The notes below the pieces were generated by a model. The model had not been told where the DNA came from and did not search any database. It saw only the letters and a program-made list of their open reading frames with translations. This document shows, one piece after another, positions 20,568 to 30,809 of a stretch of 64,000 nt of DNA. Position 1 is the stretch's first letter. Each line of letters opens with the position of its first letter. This DNA is from an uncultured Actinomycetes bacterium (GTDB lineage Bacteria; Actinomycetota; Thermoleophilia; RBG-16-64-13): NCBI GenBank assembly GCA_963747275.1, contig CAVVEI010000014.1, positions 72,774-136,773 of the forward strand, in the 5' to 3' direction. A program made the position numbers and the translations under genes.

Positions 20568-21047
20568 ATGGCACGGCGCGGTGAACGCAATGGCCCCTCT
20601 GAACTGGTCGATGACCTATCCAGGCAGATCATCGACCAGTTGCAGAAGAACGGCCGCCGGTCCTATGCGGCCATAGCGCAGGACACCGGCCTGTCGGAGG
20701 CGGCCGTGCGGCAACGAGTGCGGAGAATGGTGGACGCGCACGTCATGCAGATCGTGGCTATAGTCAACCCTCTCGCCCTTGGCCTCGCGCGCATGGCGCT
20801 GATAGGTATCAAAGCCGAGGGCGATCTCCGGGAGATCGCCGCGAGGCTTGCCTTGATCGACCAGGTGGACTATGTGGTTCTGTGTGCGGGATCTTTTGAC
20901 ATCTTGGTGGAACTACTATGTGAGAGCGACGAGCATCTGCTCTCGCTTGTGAACGACTCCATCCGGGTTGTCCCCGGTGTACGCTCCGCTGAGATGTTCC
21001 CCTACCTTCGCATCGTCAAGGAGAGCTACGGCACGGGCATGCGCTAG
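20568..21047 (+). CDS. Lrp/AsnC-family transcriptional regulator.
   Basis: Intact 159-aa ORF with an HTH (RSYAAIAQDTGLSEAAVRQRVRRM) and an RAM domain. Confidence 0.85.
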   Translation: MARRGERNGPSELVDDLSRQIIDQLQKNGRRSYAAIAQDTGLSEAAVRQRVRRMVDAHVMQIVAIVNPLALGLARMALIGIKAEGDLREIAARLALIDQVDYVVLCAGSFDILVELLCESDEHLLSLVNDSIRVVPGVRSAEMFPYLRIVKESYGTGMR

Positions 21048-21109
21048 GCGCACCCGGGTATGCTTGCACTGCGGCGCCCGCAGATGACCTGCAATGATGG
21101 AGGCGACAC

Positions 21110-22444
21110 ATGGTCCGTTCGTCAGCGGAGATCGTACAAGAGAACCGAGACTACACCCTCTTCCCCTGGTCAGTCCAAAGCACCGCGGACCCCATCCACA
21201 TGGTGAAGTCACAGGGTGTTTGGTTCTGGGACGGCCAAGGCAACAAATGGCTCGATCTCTGTTCGCAGCTCATGAATCTCAACATAGGGCATCAGCACCC
21301 CAAGGTCGTCGCAGCCATCAAGCAACAAGCAGAGGAGCTGTGCTACGCCGGCCCCGGTTTTGCCACCGAGCCCCGAGGCGCCCTGGGCAAGAGACTGGCC
21401 GAGGTCACCGGGCTGGCGAAGGCGTTCTACTGCAACGGAGGCACCGAAGCCAACGAGAGCGCGCTCAAGATCGCGCGCATCCACACCGGCCGGCAGAAGA
21501 TCATCTCGCGCTATCGCTCGTACCACGGCGACACGATGGGGTCTATGAGCGTAGGCGGAGACTTTCGCCGCTGGCCGGCAGAGCCGGGTGTCCCTGGCAC
21601 TGTCCGAGTGTTCGATCCTTACTGCTATCGCTGCCCTTTTGGTGCTGAAGTCGCATCGTGCAGCCGGCAGTGCGTGACCCACATCGAGGAAGTCATCCAG
21701 ATGGAGGGTCCGAAGAACATCGCGGCCATGATCGTCGAAGGTATCACCGGCTCGAATGGAGTACTGGTCCCGCCAGATGACTACTTCCCCAAGCTGCGGG
21801 CACTCCTAGACAAGTACGACATACTCATGATCGACGATGAGGTGATGGCCGGCTTCGGCCGCACGGGCAAGTGGCTTGCCACCCAGCACTACGGGGTCAC
21901 GCCCGATATCGTCACCTGTGCCAAGGGCCTGACCAGCGGGTATCAACCTCTCGGTGCAGTGCTCGTCTCCAAGGAGATCGCGCAGCGTCTCGATGCGAAT
22001 ATGCTCTGGACAGGAATGACCTACTCCGGCCATCCGGTAGCTTGTGCAGCGGGTATCGCCACGCTGGCGGCGTATGAGGACGAGCAGATCTTTGCGAACG
22101 TCGAACGGCAAGGCGCTCACCTGAGCACGCGCTTGGAAGCGATGCGCGAAAAATACGCTTGCGTGGGAGACGTTAGGTACAAAGGCCTGTTCAGCGTCTT
22201 GGAGCTCGTGCGCGACAAGAGGACGAAAGAGCCTCTGGCTCCGTACGCCGGCACCTCGCCGGAGATGTCGATCCTCACGAAGCATCTTCGGAGCAGATGT
22301 GTTCACGCCTTCGCACGCTTCAACATATGCCTTGTCGCTCCGCCACTGATTGTCAGCCAGGAAGAGCTCGACTATGGCCTCGACATCGTAGAAGAGGGGC
22401 TTGCGCTGGTGGACCAAGCGCTTACGGGCAAAGCGGCGCCGTGA
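21110..22444 (+). CDS. Class-III (omega-type) PLP aminotransferase.
   Basis: Intact 444-aa ORF with motifs NGGTEANESALKIAR, DEVMAGFGRTGKW and TCAKGLTSGY. GATGGAGG lies 8 nt upstream of the ATG. Confidence 0.85.
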   Translation: MVRSSAEIVQENRDYTLFPWSVQSTADPIHMVKSQGVWFWDGQGNKWLDLCSQLMNLNIGHQHPKVVAAIKQQAEELCYAGPGFATEPRGALGKRLAEVTGLAKAFYCNGGTEANESALKIARIHTGRQKIISRYRSYHGDTMGSMSVGGDFRRWPAEPGVPGTVRVFDPYCYRCPFGAEVASCSRQCVTHIEEVIQMEGPKNIAAMIVEGITGSNGVLVPPDDYFPKLRALLDKYDILMIDDEVMAGFGRTGKWLATQHYGVTPDIVTCAKGLTSGYQPLGAVLVSKEIAQRLDANMLWTGMTYSGHPVACAAGIATLAAYEDEQIFANVERQGAHLSTRLEAMREKYACVGDVRYKGLFSVLELVRDKRTKEPLAPYAGTSPEMSILTKHLRSRCVHAFARFNICLVAPPLIVSQEELDYGLDIVEEGLALVDQALTGKAAP

Positions 22445-23890
22445 GCCATAAGACCAAGCTGTACATCGACGGCAAGTGGGTGGACCCGGCCGTGCCGGAC
22501 CGCTGGATCAAGGTAATCGACCCTGCCACCGAACAAGAGGTGGCGCAGGTAGCCGCCGGCTCCGAAGCCGACATCGACGCGGCCGTGAAGGCCGCGCATA
22601 GGGCTTTTCCCGCCTACAGCCAGACCACCCGGGAAGAGCGCCTGGCGCTGCTCGAAGGCCTCTTGGCGGCCTACAAGCGCCTGCTGCCCGAGATCTCCGC
22701 GGCCATGACCACGGAGGTGGGCATCCCCAAGAGCTTCTGCGAGCAGGTGCAGGCTCATATCGGCCAGCGCCACTTGGAGACGGCCATCGAGGTGCTCAAG
22801 GAATATCCCTTCGAGCTGGAGTGGGGCCACCAGGGGACTACCCGGATCGTGCGCGAGCCGGTGGGGGTCTGCGGGCTCATCTCGCCCTGGAACTGGCCCA
22901 TGAACCAGGTGCTGGTCAAGGTGGCGCCTGCTCTGGCGGCCGGATGCACCATGGCGCTCAAGCCCAGCCAGTACTGCCCCCTCTCCTCCCTCCTGATAGC
23001 CGAAGCCGCCGAGGAGGCAGGGGTGCCCGCGGGTGTGTTCAACCTCGTGAACGGCCCCGGCTCCACCCTTGGTGCGGCCTTGGCGGGCCATCCCCTGGTA
23101 GACATGGTCTCCGTGACTGGCTCCACCGAGGTGGGTGCCTCCGTAGCCAAGGCGGCAGCCGGTACCGTCAAGCGCGTGTCGCAGGAATTGGGGGGCAAGT
23201 CGGCCTACATCGTTTTTGAGGACGTCGACCTGGAGAAAGTGATCGGCGGCGGGGTCAAGGGCTGCATGCGCAACTCCGGTCAGAGCTGCAACGCGCCCAC
23301 GCGCATGCTGGTGGAGCGCTCGGTCTACGAACAAGCGGTGGAGATCGCGGCTCGGTGTGGCCGGCGAGCTCAAGGTGGGCGACCCCAACGACAGCGAGAC
23401 TTTTCTTGGCCCTGTGGCCGGGAAGAAGCAGTACGAGACCGTGCTGGGCTACATAGAGTCGGGCCTGAAGGAGGGCGCGCGCCTGGTGGCAGGGGGACCG
23501 GAGCGGCCCTCGGGGCTGGACCGCGGCTACTACATCAAGCCTACCGTCTTCGCGGACGTCAATAACAGCATGCGCATCGCCCGCGAGGAGATCTTCGGAC
23601 CGGTGCTGGTGATGCTCCCCTTCGCCGACGAGGCTGAGGCGGTGACTCTAGCCAACGACAGCGACTTCGGCCTCTCCGGCTACGTGAGTTCAGGCGACCC
23701 GGAGAGGGCGCGCCGCGTAGCGCGCGCCATGCGCACGGGCATGGTGCACCTGAACGGAGCCACCACCGATCTCACCGCCCCCTTCGGCGGCTACAAGCAG
23801 TCGGGCAACGGAAGGGAGTGGGGGCGCTTCGGACTCGAGGACTTCCTAGAGGTCAAGGCCATCATGGGCTATCGGCGCCCCGAGAGGTAA
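22441..23890 (+). CDS. NAD(P)-dependent aldehyde dehydrogenase. The frame is broken once near 23355.
   Basis: GTG 22441 overlaps the preceding stop (GTGA). Motifs are SPWNWP, ELGGKS and GQSCNAPTR. Continuity runs from ORF 22297-23565 into ORF 23357-23890 (VAGELKVGDP...EEIFGPV...). Confidence 0.85.
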
Positions 23891-24553
23891 GAGTGCCGCT
23901 GCGGGAGCCGCGATAGAGTCGATGAGCGTGTTCAGGATCTTGTCCGCCGTCCCGCTGGTGATGAACTGACCCAGACCTTCCAGCAGTGCGAAATCCTTCG
24001 TCCGGCGCAAACCCATGAGACTCCAGCCGATGGCCTCAGCGTCCGCGTCCTGCCGGATGGTGCCCTGGCGCTTGCCTTCCTCGACGATGTCCACGAACCG
24101 CTGCAGCACCGTGAGCTGATTGCTGCTCATGCGCTCGGTGAGTCCTTCGGCTCGCGCTGCGGCGGACAGTTCGAACAACGGCACGATCAACCAGCCTTCG
24201 TCGCCCATGATGTTCTTGTTATGTAGTTCGCCTGCAATTTCGCGCAGGCGCTCGAGCATGTTGGGATTCGAAGATGAATCCACCCAGGCGAGCAAGCGGT
24301 CGAGCAGGATGTCGCAGGCGGCTTCGAGCAGCTCCGTGCGACCTGTGAAGTGGTTATAGAGGGCTGGACTGGAGACCCCCGCCGCCTCGGCGATGCGCCG
24401 AAGCGTCGCCCCTCGCACTCCGTGCTGAGCTATCACGTGCAGTGTGACCGTCGCCAGTTGGTGACGTCTCTCCGTGCCCGTCCAGCGGCCCGGCCTAGCC
24501 TCGCTTGTCTCTTTGCTCATCGTCTGCCTCAATGCTCGCTCTGCTCTTGACAT
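23846..24553 (-). CDS. TetR-family transcriptional regulator.
   Basis: Intact 235-aa ORF with an HTH (ATLRRIAEAAGVSSPALYNHFTGRTELL). Its 3' end overlaps the convergent ALDH gene by 45 nt. Confidence 0.85.
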   Translation of the reverse strand: MSRAERALRQTMSKETSEARPGRWTGTERRHQLATVTLHVIAQHGVRGATLRRIAEAAGVSSPALYNHFTGRTELLEAACDILLDRLLAWVDSSSNPNMLERLREIAGELHNKNIMGDEGWLIVPLFELSAAARAEGLTERMSSNQLTVLQRFVDIVEEGKRQGTIRQDADAEAIGWSLMGLRRTKDFALLEGLGQFITSGTADKILNTLIDSIAAPAAALLPLGAPIAHDGLDL

Positions 24554-24554
24554 G

Positions 24555-24572
24555 ATAGCAGCCGGTTGCTAT
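24555..24572. promoter_or_regulatory. Candidate TetR operator, an 18-bp near-perfect palindrome.
   Basis: ATAGCAgCCGGtTGCTAT has 16 of 18 positions symmetric. It abuts the TetR start codon, in the 53-bp divergent region before GTG 24607. Confidence 0.45.
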
Positions 24573-24606
24573 TAATGAGCGCTAATCAACCAAGGGGGTT
24601 CGAGAC

Positions 24607-26074
24607 GTGGATGCGATGAAACAGTCGCTTAGCGGCCTACTGGGGGATGCAAACGTCTCTGACGATCCCGGACTCCTGCAGTCGTATGCCGTCGACGAGA
24701 GTTTCGTGCTCTCCATCAAGCCCAAGGCGGTCGTGCGGCCGGGCAACGAGGACGAGGTCCAAGCCCTAGTGGCGTGGGCCAATCAGACAGGCACGCCGCT
24801 GGTGCCTGTGAGCTCCGATGCGCCCCACTTCTACGGCGACACCGTGCCCAGTGTTCCCGGCGCGATGATGGTGGATCTCTCCCGCATGGACAAGATCATC
24901 AAGATCGACAGCCGGAACCGCATCGCTGTAATCGAGCCCGGGGTCACATATGGGAAGCTCCAGCCGGAGTTGGCCAAAGAGGGCCTGACTATCGTCCGCC
25001 GCTCTACCCTCGGGCCAACAAGTCGGTGATCGCCAGCCTCCTGGAGCGGCAGCCGACCCTGATCCCCCGGTACAACTACACTCTGCCGGAGCCTCTTCGC
25101 AACTGCGGGGTGGTGTGGGGAGATGGCCAGAGATTCTCCACGGGAGAGTCGGCAACTCCGTGCTCGACATCGAGGCCCAATGGGATGCCGGGCGGCGACT
25201 GTTCGACCCCAAGGGCCCGGCTCAGACCGACTTCTTCCGGCTGCTCACGGGAGCCCAAGGAACGCTGGGCATCGTCACCTGGGCGTCGGTGCGTCTGCAG
25301 CTCATCCCTGCTGCCAAGAAGACCCTCTTTGTGAGCGCTCCGAAGCTTGACGACCTCGTCGACCTGTCCTACCGGCTAACCCGGCTGCGTGTGGGTGACG
25401 AGCTGCTGATAGTCAACGCTGCCTATCTGGCAACGCTGGGCGCCACCACCCCGGCTGAGGTCGCGGCTCTGCGCGAGACTCTGCCTGCCTGGGTCATGAT
25501 AGTCGGAGTCGGGGGCCGGGGACTCAGATCTGCGGAGCGTGTGGCGGTATCCGAACAAGACATAGCAGCAGAGGTCGCCATCCGGGGTCTGCGCCTGCAG
25601 ACGGCTATCCCCGGTGTGGCGACGAGTCTTATCGAGGGGGTGCTGGGCGGTGTTGCCTCCGGCCCGCATTGGAAGCTGCGCGCCAAGGGCGGCGCAGCCG
25701 ACATCTTCTTTCACACCACCCTGGAGAACGCGCCGGGCTACCTGGCCACCATGCTGCGCGCTGCCGCCGCCCACGACTACCCCGTGGCCGACGTCGGCGT
25801 CTACCTGCAGCCCCAACACCAGGGTGTGTCGTATCACTGCGAGTTCAGCCTGCCGTATGCGCCCGAGGACAACGCCGAGGCGGCGAAGGTCCGCGCGCTC
25901 TACAGCGACGCCTCCACGCGACTGATAGCCGAGGGCGCCTACTTCTCGCGCCCCTATGGCGAGTGGGCCGGTCCGGTGTACAACCGTGACGCCGCCACCC
26001 GGGACACGCTCCGGGTGGTCAAGAAGATCCTCGACCCCAATAACATCCTCAATCCCAGCAAGCTCTGTTTCTAG
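24607..26074 (+). CDS. FAD-binding (PCMH-type, GlcD/D-lactate dehydrogenase-like) oxidoreductase. The frame is broken twice (about 24997 and 25126).
   Basis: Continuity runs through ORFs 24607-25029, 24774-25334 and 25115-26074 (...VVRPGNEDEVQALVAWANQTGTPLVPVSS..., PPLYPRANKSVIASLLERQ..., TGAQGTLGIVTWASVRL...ILDPNNILNPSKL). Confidence 0.75.
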
Positions 26075-26098
26075 ACAGGAAGGAGGGAGACGACCATC

Positions 26099-27388
26099 AT
26101 GGCACTTGAAGACTTCAAAGCGGACGCGCTGCGGTGCACCCGCTGCTCTTACTGTAAGTGGATCCCCTTCGACCTGGTCAAGAGCCACCAGTACGCCAAG
26201 GGCTGCCCCAGCGTCGACTACAACCATTTTCACGCCTATTCAGCGGGCGGAAGGCTGGTGACCATGCTCTCGCTCATGCAGGGGCGGAGCGAGGTGGATG
26301 ACGACGTCGTCGACATCGCCTTCAAATGCCAGCTCTGCGGCAACTGCGACGTGGCCTGCAAGGTCTGCCGTTACGACATGGAGCCGCTGGCGGCGATAAG
26401 GGAGTTGCGGCGCACGCTGAACGAGCAGGGCCAGGTGCCGGCGGCGTACCCCAAGCTCATAAGTAAGCTGCGGGTAGCCGGCAACTTCGCCGGACTGCCG
26501 CAGGCCGACAGGGCCGCATGGTCCGACGGACTGGGACTAAGCACCCTCGGAGGCGACGCCAAAGCCTCGGTGCTGTTCCATGCCGGCTGCCGGTACTCGT
26601 TCGACCCCACCCTCCGCTCCGCGGTACGGGCGGCCGCGAGCGTGTTCACCAAGGCCGGTGTCGACTTCGCTATCGATGCGAACGAAGGCTGCTGCACGGG
26701 CAAGGCCTACGACATGGGCTACCGCGACGACTTCACGAAGGCGGTCGAAGCCAACCTCGAGAAATGGGTGACCACCGGCATCAAGACCATCGTCACGCCT
26801 TGTGCCACCTGCTACCACACCTTCAAGCGGCTCTATCCCGACGCCGCGGGGCCCGGCGCCGACACGCCCGTCCCCGAGATACTGCACACCACCCAACTCG
26901 CGGACCGGCTGCTCAAAGACGGCAGCCTCAAGCCCAAGAAGAAGGTGCCGCTGAGCGTCACCTACCACGACCCGTGTCACCTGGGCCGACAAGGCGAGGA
27001 CTACGAGCCCTGGAACGGCAAGGAGGTCAAGATCTACGGCCAAGCCGTGGTCTACGACCCGCCCCGCCCCCGCTACAACGGAGCCTACGGGGTCTACGAC
27101 GCCCCGCGGGACGTCCTTAGGGCCATCCCCGGAGTGGAGCTTATCGAGATGGAGCGCAACCGCGAAGCGGCCTGGTGCTGCGGCGCGGGCGGCAACGTGC
27201 GAGAGGCCTATCCCGAGTTCAGCGCTTGGACCGCGGGCAAACGCGTAGAAGAAGCCAAGAGCACCGGCGCCGAGGCCCTGGTCACCGCCTGCTCGGGCTG
27301 CGAGAAGAACTTCGCCGAAGCGGTGGCCACAGGCGATATCGACCTGCAAATCCTCGACGTGCTCGAGCTGCTCGAGCGCTCTCTGTAG
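26099..27388 (+). CDS. Fe-S protein with two 4Fe-4S motifs and two CCG domains (GlcF/GlpC/HdrD-like).
   Basis: Intact 429-aa ORF with motifs CTRCSYC, CQLCGNCDVACKVC, FHAGCRYS...CCTG and YHDPCHLGR...WCCGAGG. Confidence 0.85.
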   Translation: MALEDFKADALRCTRCSYCKWIPFDLVKSHQYAKGCPSVDYNHFHAYSAGGRLVTMLSLMQGRSEVDDDVVDIAFKCQLCGNCDVACKVCRYDMEPLAAIRELRRTLNEQGQVPAAYPKLISKLRVAGNFAGLPQADRAAWSDGLGLSTLGGDAKASVLFHAGCRYSFDPTLRSAVRAAASVFTKAGVDFAIDANEGCCTGKAYDMGYRDDFTKAVEANLEKWVTTGIKTIVTPCATCYHTFKRLYPDAAGPGADTPVPEILHTTQLADRLLKDGSLKPKKKVPLSVTYHDPCHLGRQGEDYEPWNGKEVKIYGQAVVYDPPRPRYNGAYGVYDAPRDVLRAIPGVELIEMERNREAAWCCGAGGNVREAYPEFSAWTAGKRVEEAKSTGAEALVTACSGCEKNFAEAVATGDIDLQILDVLELLERSL

Positions 27389-27401
27389 AGAGGAGAGGAT
27401 C

Positions 27402-29072
27402 ATGCCTATCTCTGATGAAGCATATGCCGGGCTCGAGGACATCGTGGGCAAGGAGAACGTCAGCCGGAACCCGGCGGTCATGGACTCGTATGCCTTCCAG
27501 TGGCTGGCCGAGCTCGTCCGGCCCGAGCTGAGCCACTACATGCCTCGCCCGGTCGCGGTGGTCATGCCGGCCTCCACCGAAGAAGTGCAGGCCGTCGTCC
27601 GGCTCGCCAACAAATACAGGATCAAGGTCAAGCCCCACAGCACCGGCTGGTATCACTGGGCTGCGCCCATCTACGACGACAAAGACACGATGCAGCTCGA
27701 CATGCGGCGCATGAACGCGATCGAGATCGATGAGAAGAACGGCATCGCCATCGTGGAGCCGTACGTTATCCACGCGCAACTCCACGCCGAGGCCATCAAG
27801 CGCGGCTGGACCTGCAACATCATCGGCGCCGGCTGCTCCTGCTCGGTGGTAGCCGCCGCCTGCGCCTACATGGGCATGGGACCGGGTGCCTACTACATGG
27901 GCGGACACTCTGAGAACGTGCTCGGCATGGAGTGGGTGGCGCCGAACGGCGAGATTATCCGCAGTGGATCGTTGGGCTCCGGAGACGGGTGGTTCGACGG
28001 CGAAGGTCCCGGTCCGAGTGTCCGCGGCGTCATGCGCGGCCTTCTCGGCCAGCGCGGGGGACTGGGTGTGTTCACCAGGTGCGCCGTAAAGCTGGTGCAC
28101 TGGTCCGGCCGCACCGACTGGCCGGTGACCGGCACCGTGCCGGCGTATCGACTGCCGCTGGACGAGACCATGCGGGCCTATACTCTCGCCGCTCCAAGCT
28201 GGGACGCCTGGGCCGATCTCTACTACAAGATCTACGACAACGAGCTCGGTTTCATCTTTCATCGGCAGTTCAACCTAGCCGGCGCCGACCTCGCTCCCGC
28301 GTTCTGGCTGATGTACAACGACCCGACGAAAAGGCTCAGCGACCTACCTCAGATGCTCGAGCAGCCGGGCATGGCCGAGCTGATCGAGCAGATGCGCATC
28401 TCCTTCCAGCTTGTGCTCGCCGGCCGCTCCAAGGCCGACATCGAGCTGCAGGAAAAGATCCTGGACGACATCCTTGCCGAGGTGGGCTGCTGGAAGGTGG
28501 AGCGCTACTGCGAGAAAGACATGGCGGAGTTCACCAACCTCTATCTCAACCGCCTTGGTCACAAGCACATCAACTTCGTCTGGGTCGGCGGATACATCGG
28601 AAGTTGGATGCAGCTCGGCACCCCCGACTGGGTGAAGGGCTACATCCCCACCGCCATCGCAGGCCTGGAGCGCGACGCCAAGGACGGGCTGCTGGTGCAG
28701 TGCGGTGGGGACGCCATGATGGGTCCCGGCAGCGCTTATCCCGGTGGCGGGGCCGTGGGCCTTGAGCAGTTCGTCTCCTACGACCCGGCCGACGAGGCCT
28801 CCACCCGGGCCGGCATCAAGCACATGGAGGACGCCATCACCGACGCGGGCGCGATAGGCTATCCTCCCGGCAAGGAAGCGATCTACCTGGAGATGGGCCA
28901 CAGTGACGATCGCACCTTCAAGAAGTGGGCGGCCTCCAAGCAGCCGTTCCCCTTCATCTTCCAGCGGAAGATCAAGGAGCACTTCGACCCCAACGACATA
29001 GGCGATCGGATGTACAACTACATCCCAGAGGAGTACGAACCTTCGGCAGCTAGTACAGAAAAGGCAGTGTGA
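27402..29072 (+). CDS. Second FAD-binding (PCMH-type) oxidoreductase subunit, in a GlcE-like position.
   Basis: Intact 556-aa ORF with an FAD_binding_4-like N-terminal region (PVAVVMPASTEEVQAVVRLANKYRIKVKPHSTG...). Confidence 0.7.
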   Translation: MPISDEAYAGLEDIVGKENVSRNPAVMDSYAFQWLAELVRPELSHYMPRPVAVVMPASTEEVQAVVRLANKYRIKVKPHSTGWYHWAAPIYDDKDTMQLDMRRMNAIEIDEKNGIAIVEPYVIHAQLHAEAIKRGWTCNIIGAGCSCSVVAAACAYMGMGPGAYYMGGHSENVLGMEWVAPNGEIIRSGSLGSGDGWFDGEGPGPSVRGVMRGLLGQRGGLGVFTRCAVKLVHWSGRTDWPVTGTVPAYRLPLDETMRAYTLAAPSWDAWADLYYKIYDNELGFIFHRQFNLAGADLAPAFWLMYNDPTKRLSDLPQMLEQPGMAELIEQMRISFQLVLAGRSKADIELQEKILDDILAEVGCWKVERYCEKDMAEFTNLYLNRLGHKHINFVWVGGYIGSWMQLGTPDWVKGYIPTAIAGLERDAKDGLLVQCGGDAMMGPGSAYPGGGAVGLEQFVSYDPADEASTRAGIKHMEDAITDAGAIGYPPGKEAIYLEMGHSDDRTFKKWAASKQPFPFIFQRKIKEHFDPNDIGDRMYNYIPEEYEPSAASTEKAV

Positions 29073-29076
29073 AGAC

Positions 29077-30594
29077 GTGGCAGATGTGAGAACACTCAAC
29101 TATTGCGTCGACAACCAGTGGTGCGAGTCGACCACCGACAAATATATGGACGTGACCGACTCCAGCACCGGAGAAGTCTTCGCTCAGGCGCCGTGTTGCA
29201 CGGCCGCTGAGGTGGAGGCCGCCATCCTATCGGCTCACAAGGCCTACGAGAGTTGGTCTCTTCTGCCCATCCAGAAGCGCACCCAGGTGCTCTTTCGGTG
29301 GAAGCAGTTGATCGAGGACAACACCGAGGAGCTCGCCTACATCTGTTCTCGCGAGGTGGGCAAGAACCTCGACGAGGCCCGCGGCGAGATAGTCAAGATC
29401 ATCGAAGGCTGCGAAGTCGGTGTGGCGGCGCCCATGCTCATCAAGGGCGAATCGCTTATGAACGTGTCCGCCGGACATGACACGGTGAGCTACCGCGAGC
29501 CCTTGGGCGTGTTCGCCGGTATAGCCCCCTTCAACTTCCCGGCCATGATCCCCTGGGGCTGGATGATCCCCTTGTGCATCGTCACGGGTAACACCTTCGT
29601 GCTCAAGGCCGCCAGCCTGGTGCCGACCTCCTCGATGCGCCTGCTCGAGCTGCTGCTCGAAGCCGGTTTGCCCAAGGGCGTCGTCAACGTGGTCACCTGC
29701 AGCCGCAAAGAGGCCGAACTGCTGCTCACCCACCCGCTCGTGCGGGGCGTCACCTTCGTCGGGTCTACCGACGTCGGCCTGCACGTCTACTCGGTGGCCG
29801 CCGCCCATGGCAAGCGCGTCCAGGCTCAGACCGAAGCCAAGAACCACGGCCTGGTGCTGGCCGATGCCTCCCTGGAGCGCGCCGCGGCCGGCATCATCAA
29901 CTCCACCTTCGGCTGCGCAGGCATGCGCTGCATGGCCCTGCCGGTGTGCGTGGTGGAGAACACCGTGGCAGATGAGTTCATCGGCTACATGACGAAGTTC
30001 GCCCAGCAGCGCGTGGTCGGCTGCTCGTATGATCCCAAGACCGAGCTCGGCCCCGTCGTCTCGGCCGAGCATCAGGCCTTCGTCAAGGGCTGGATCGACA
30101 AGGGCGTCACGGAGGGTGCGGACCTCGTCCTGGATGGCCGTAACCTGGTGGTGCCCGGATATGAGAAGGGCTTCTTCGTGGGCCCGACGATCTTCGACAA
30201 CGTGAGCGAGAAGATGGCCATCGGCCGCGACGAGGTCTTCGGCCCGGTGCTGGCCATCAAACGGGTAGAGGACTTCGAAGAGGGCATGACCATCATGAAC
30301 AACAGCCGCTTCGCCAACGGCTCCTGCATCTTCACCGAGAGCGGCTACTGGGCCCGCGAGTTCGCGCGCCGCACCCATGCCGGCATGGTGGGCATCAACG
30401 TGGGCATCCCGGTGCCGGTGAGCTTCTTCCCCTTCGCGGGGCACAAAGACTCGTTCTTTGGCGAGAGTCACGTGTTCGGCCTGGACGGCATCCGCTTCTT
30501 CACCGAGACCAAGGTGGTCACGTCGCGCTGGTTCACCGAAGCCGACAAGAAGCAGAAGAGGGTCGATACCTGGGAGGGCACCGTCAACCGGTAA
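29077..30594 (+). CDS. mmsA: CoA-acylating methylmalonate/malonate-semialdehyde dehydrogenase.
   Basis: Intact 505-aa ORF with a GTG start. MmsA-type features are present (FNFPAMIPWGWMIP, catalytic-Cys region GCAGMRCMA, INVGIPVPVSFFPFAGHKDSFFG). Confidence 0.8.
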   Translation: MADVRTLNYCVDNQWCESTTDKYMDVTDSSTGEVFAQAPCCTAAEVEAAILSAHKAYESWSLLPIQKRTQVLFRWKQLIEDNTEELAYICSREVGKNLDEARGEIVKIIEGCEVGVAAPMLIKGESLMNVSAGHDTVSYREPLGVFAGIAPFNFPAMIPWGWMIPLCIVTGNTFVLKAASLVPTSSMRLLELLLEAGLPKGVVNVVTCSRKEAELLLTHPLVRGVTFVGSTDVGLHVYSVAAAHGKRVQAQTEAKNHGLVLADASLERAAAGIINSTFGCAGMRCMALPVCVVENTVADEFIGYMTKFAQQRVVGCSYDPKTELGPVVSAEHQAFVKGWIDKGVTEGADLVLDGRNLVVPGYEKGFFVGPTIFDNVSEKMAIGRDEVFGPVLAIKRVEDFEEGMTIMNNSRFANGSCIFTESGYWAREFARRTHAGMVGINVGIPVPVSFFPFAGHKDSFFGESHVFGLDGIRFFTETKVVTSRWFTEADKKQKRVDTWEGTVNR

Positions 30595-30809
30595 GGGGGC
30601 GCTTGCGCACCCCATACGGCCTAGAACAGTCACAGATGGGCGCTTCGACCGATTCAGTCTGTCACGCGTCCAAAGGTTGCACAAAGCGTTGTTGCGTTGC
30701 CCCCCTATGCGTGAGATTGTGTGATTAGCACGTTCGCCGCGCGGATTCCGTGTTGGGCAGCATAGCCGCCGGCCGTCCTGCCAAGACTGACCGCGAAGGA
30801 GGGCACCAC

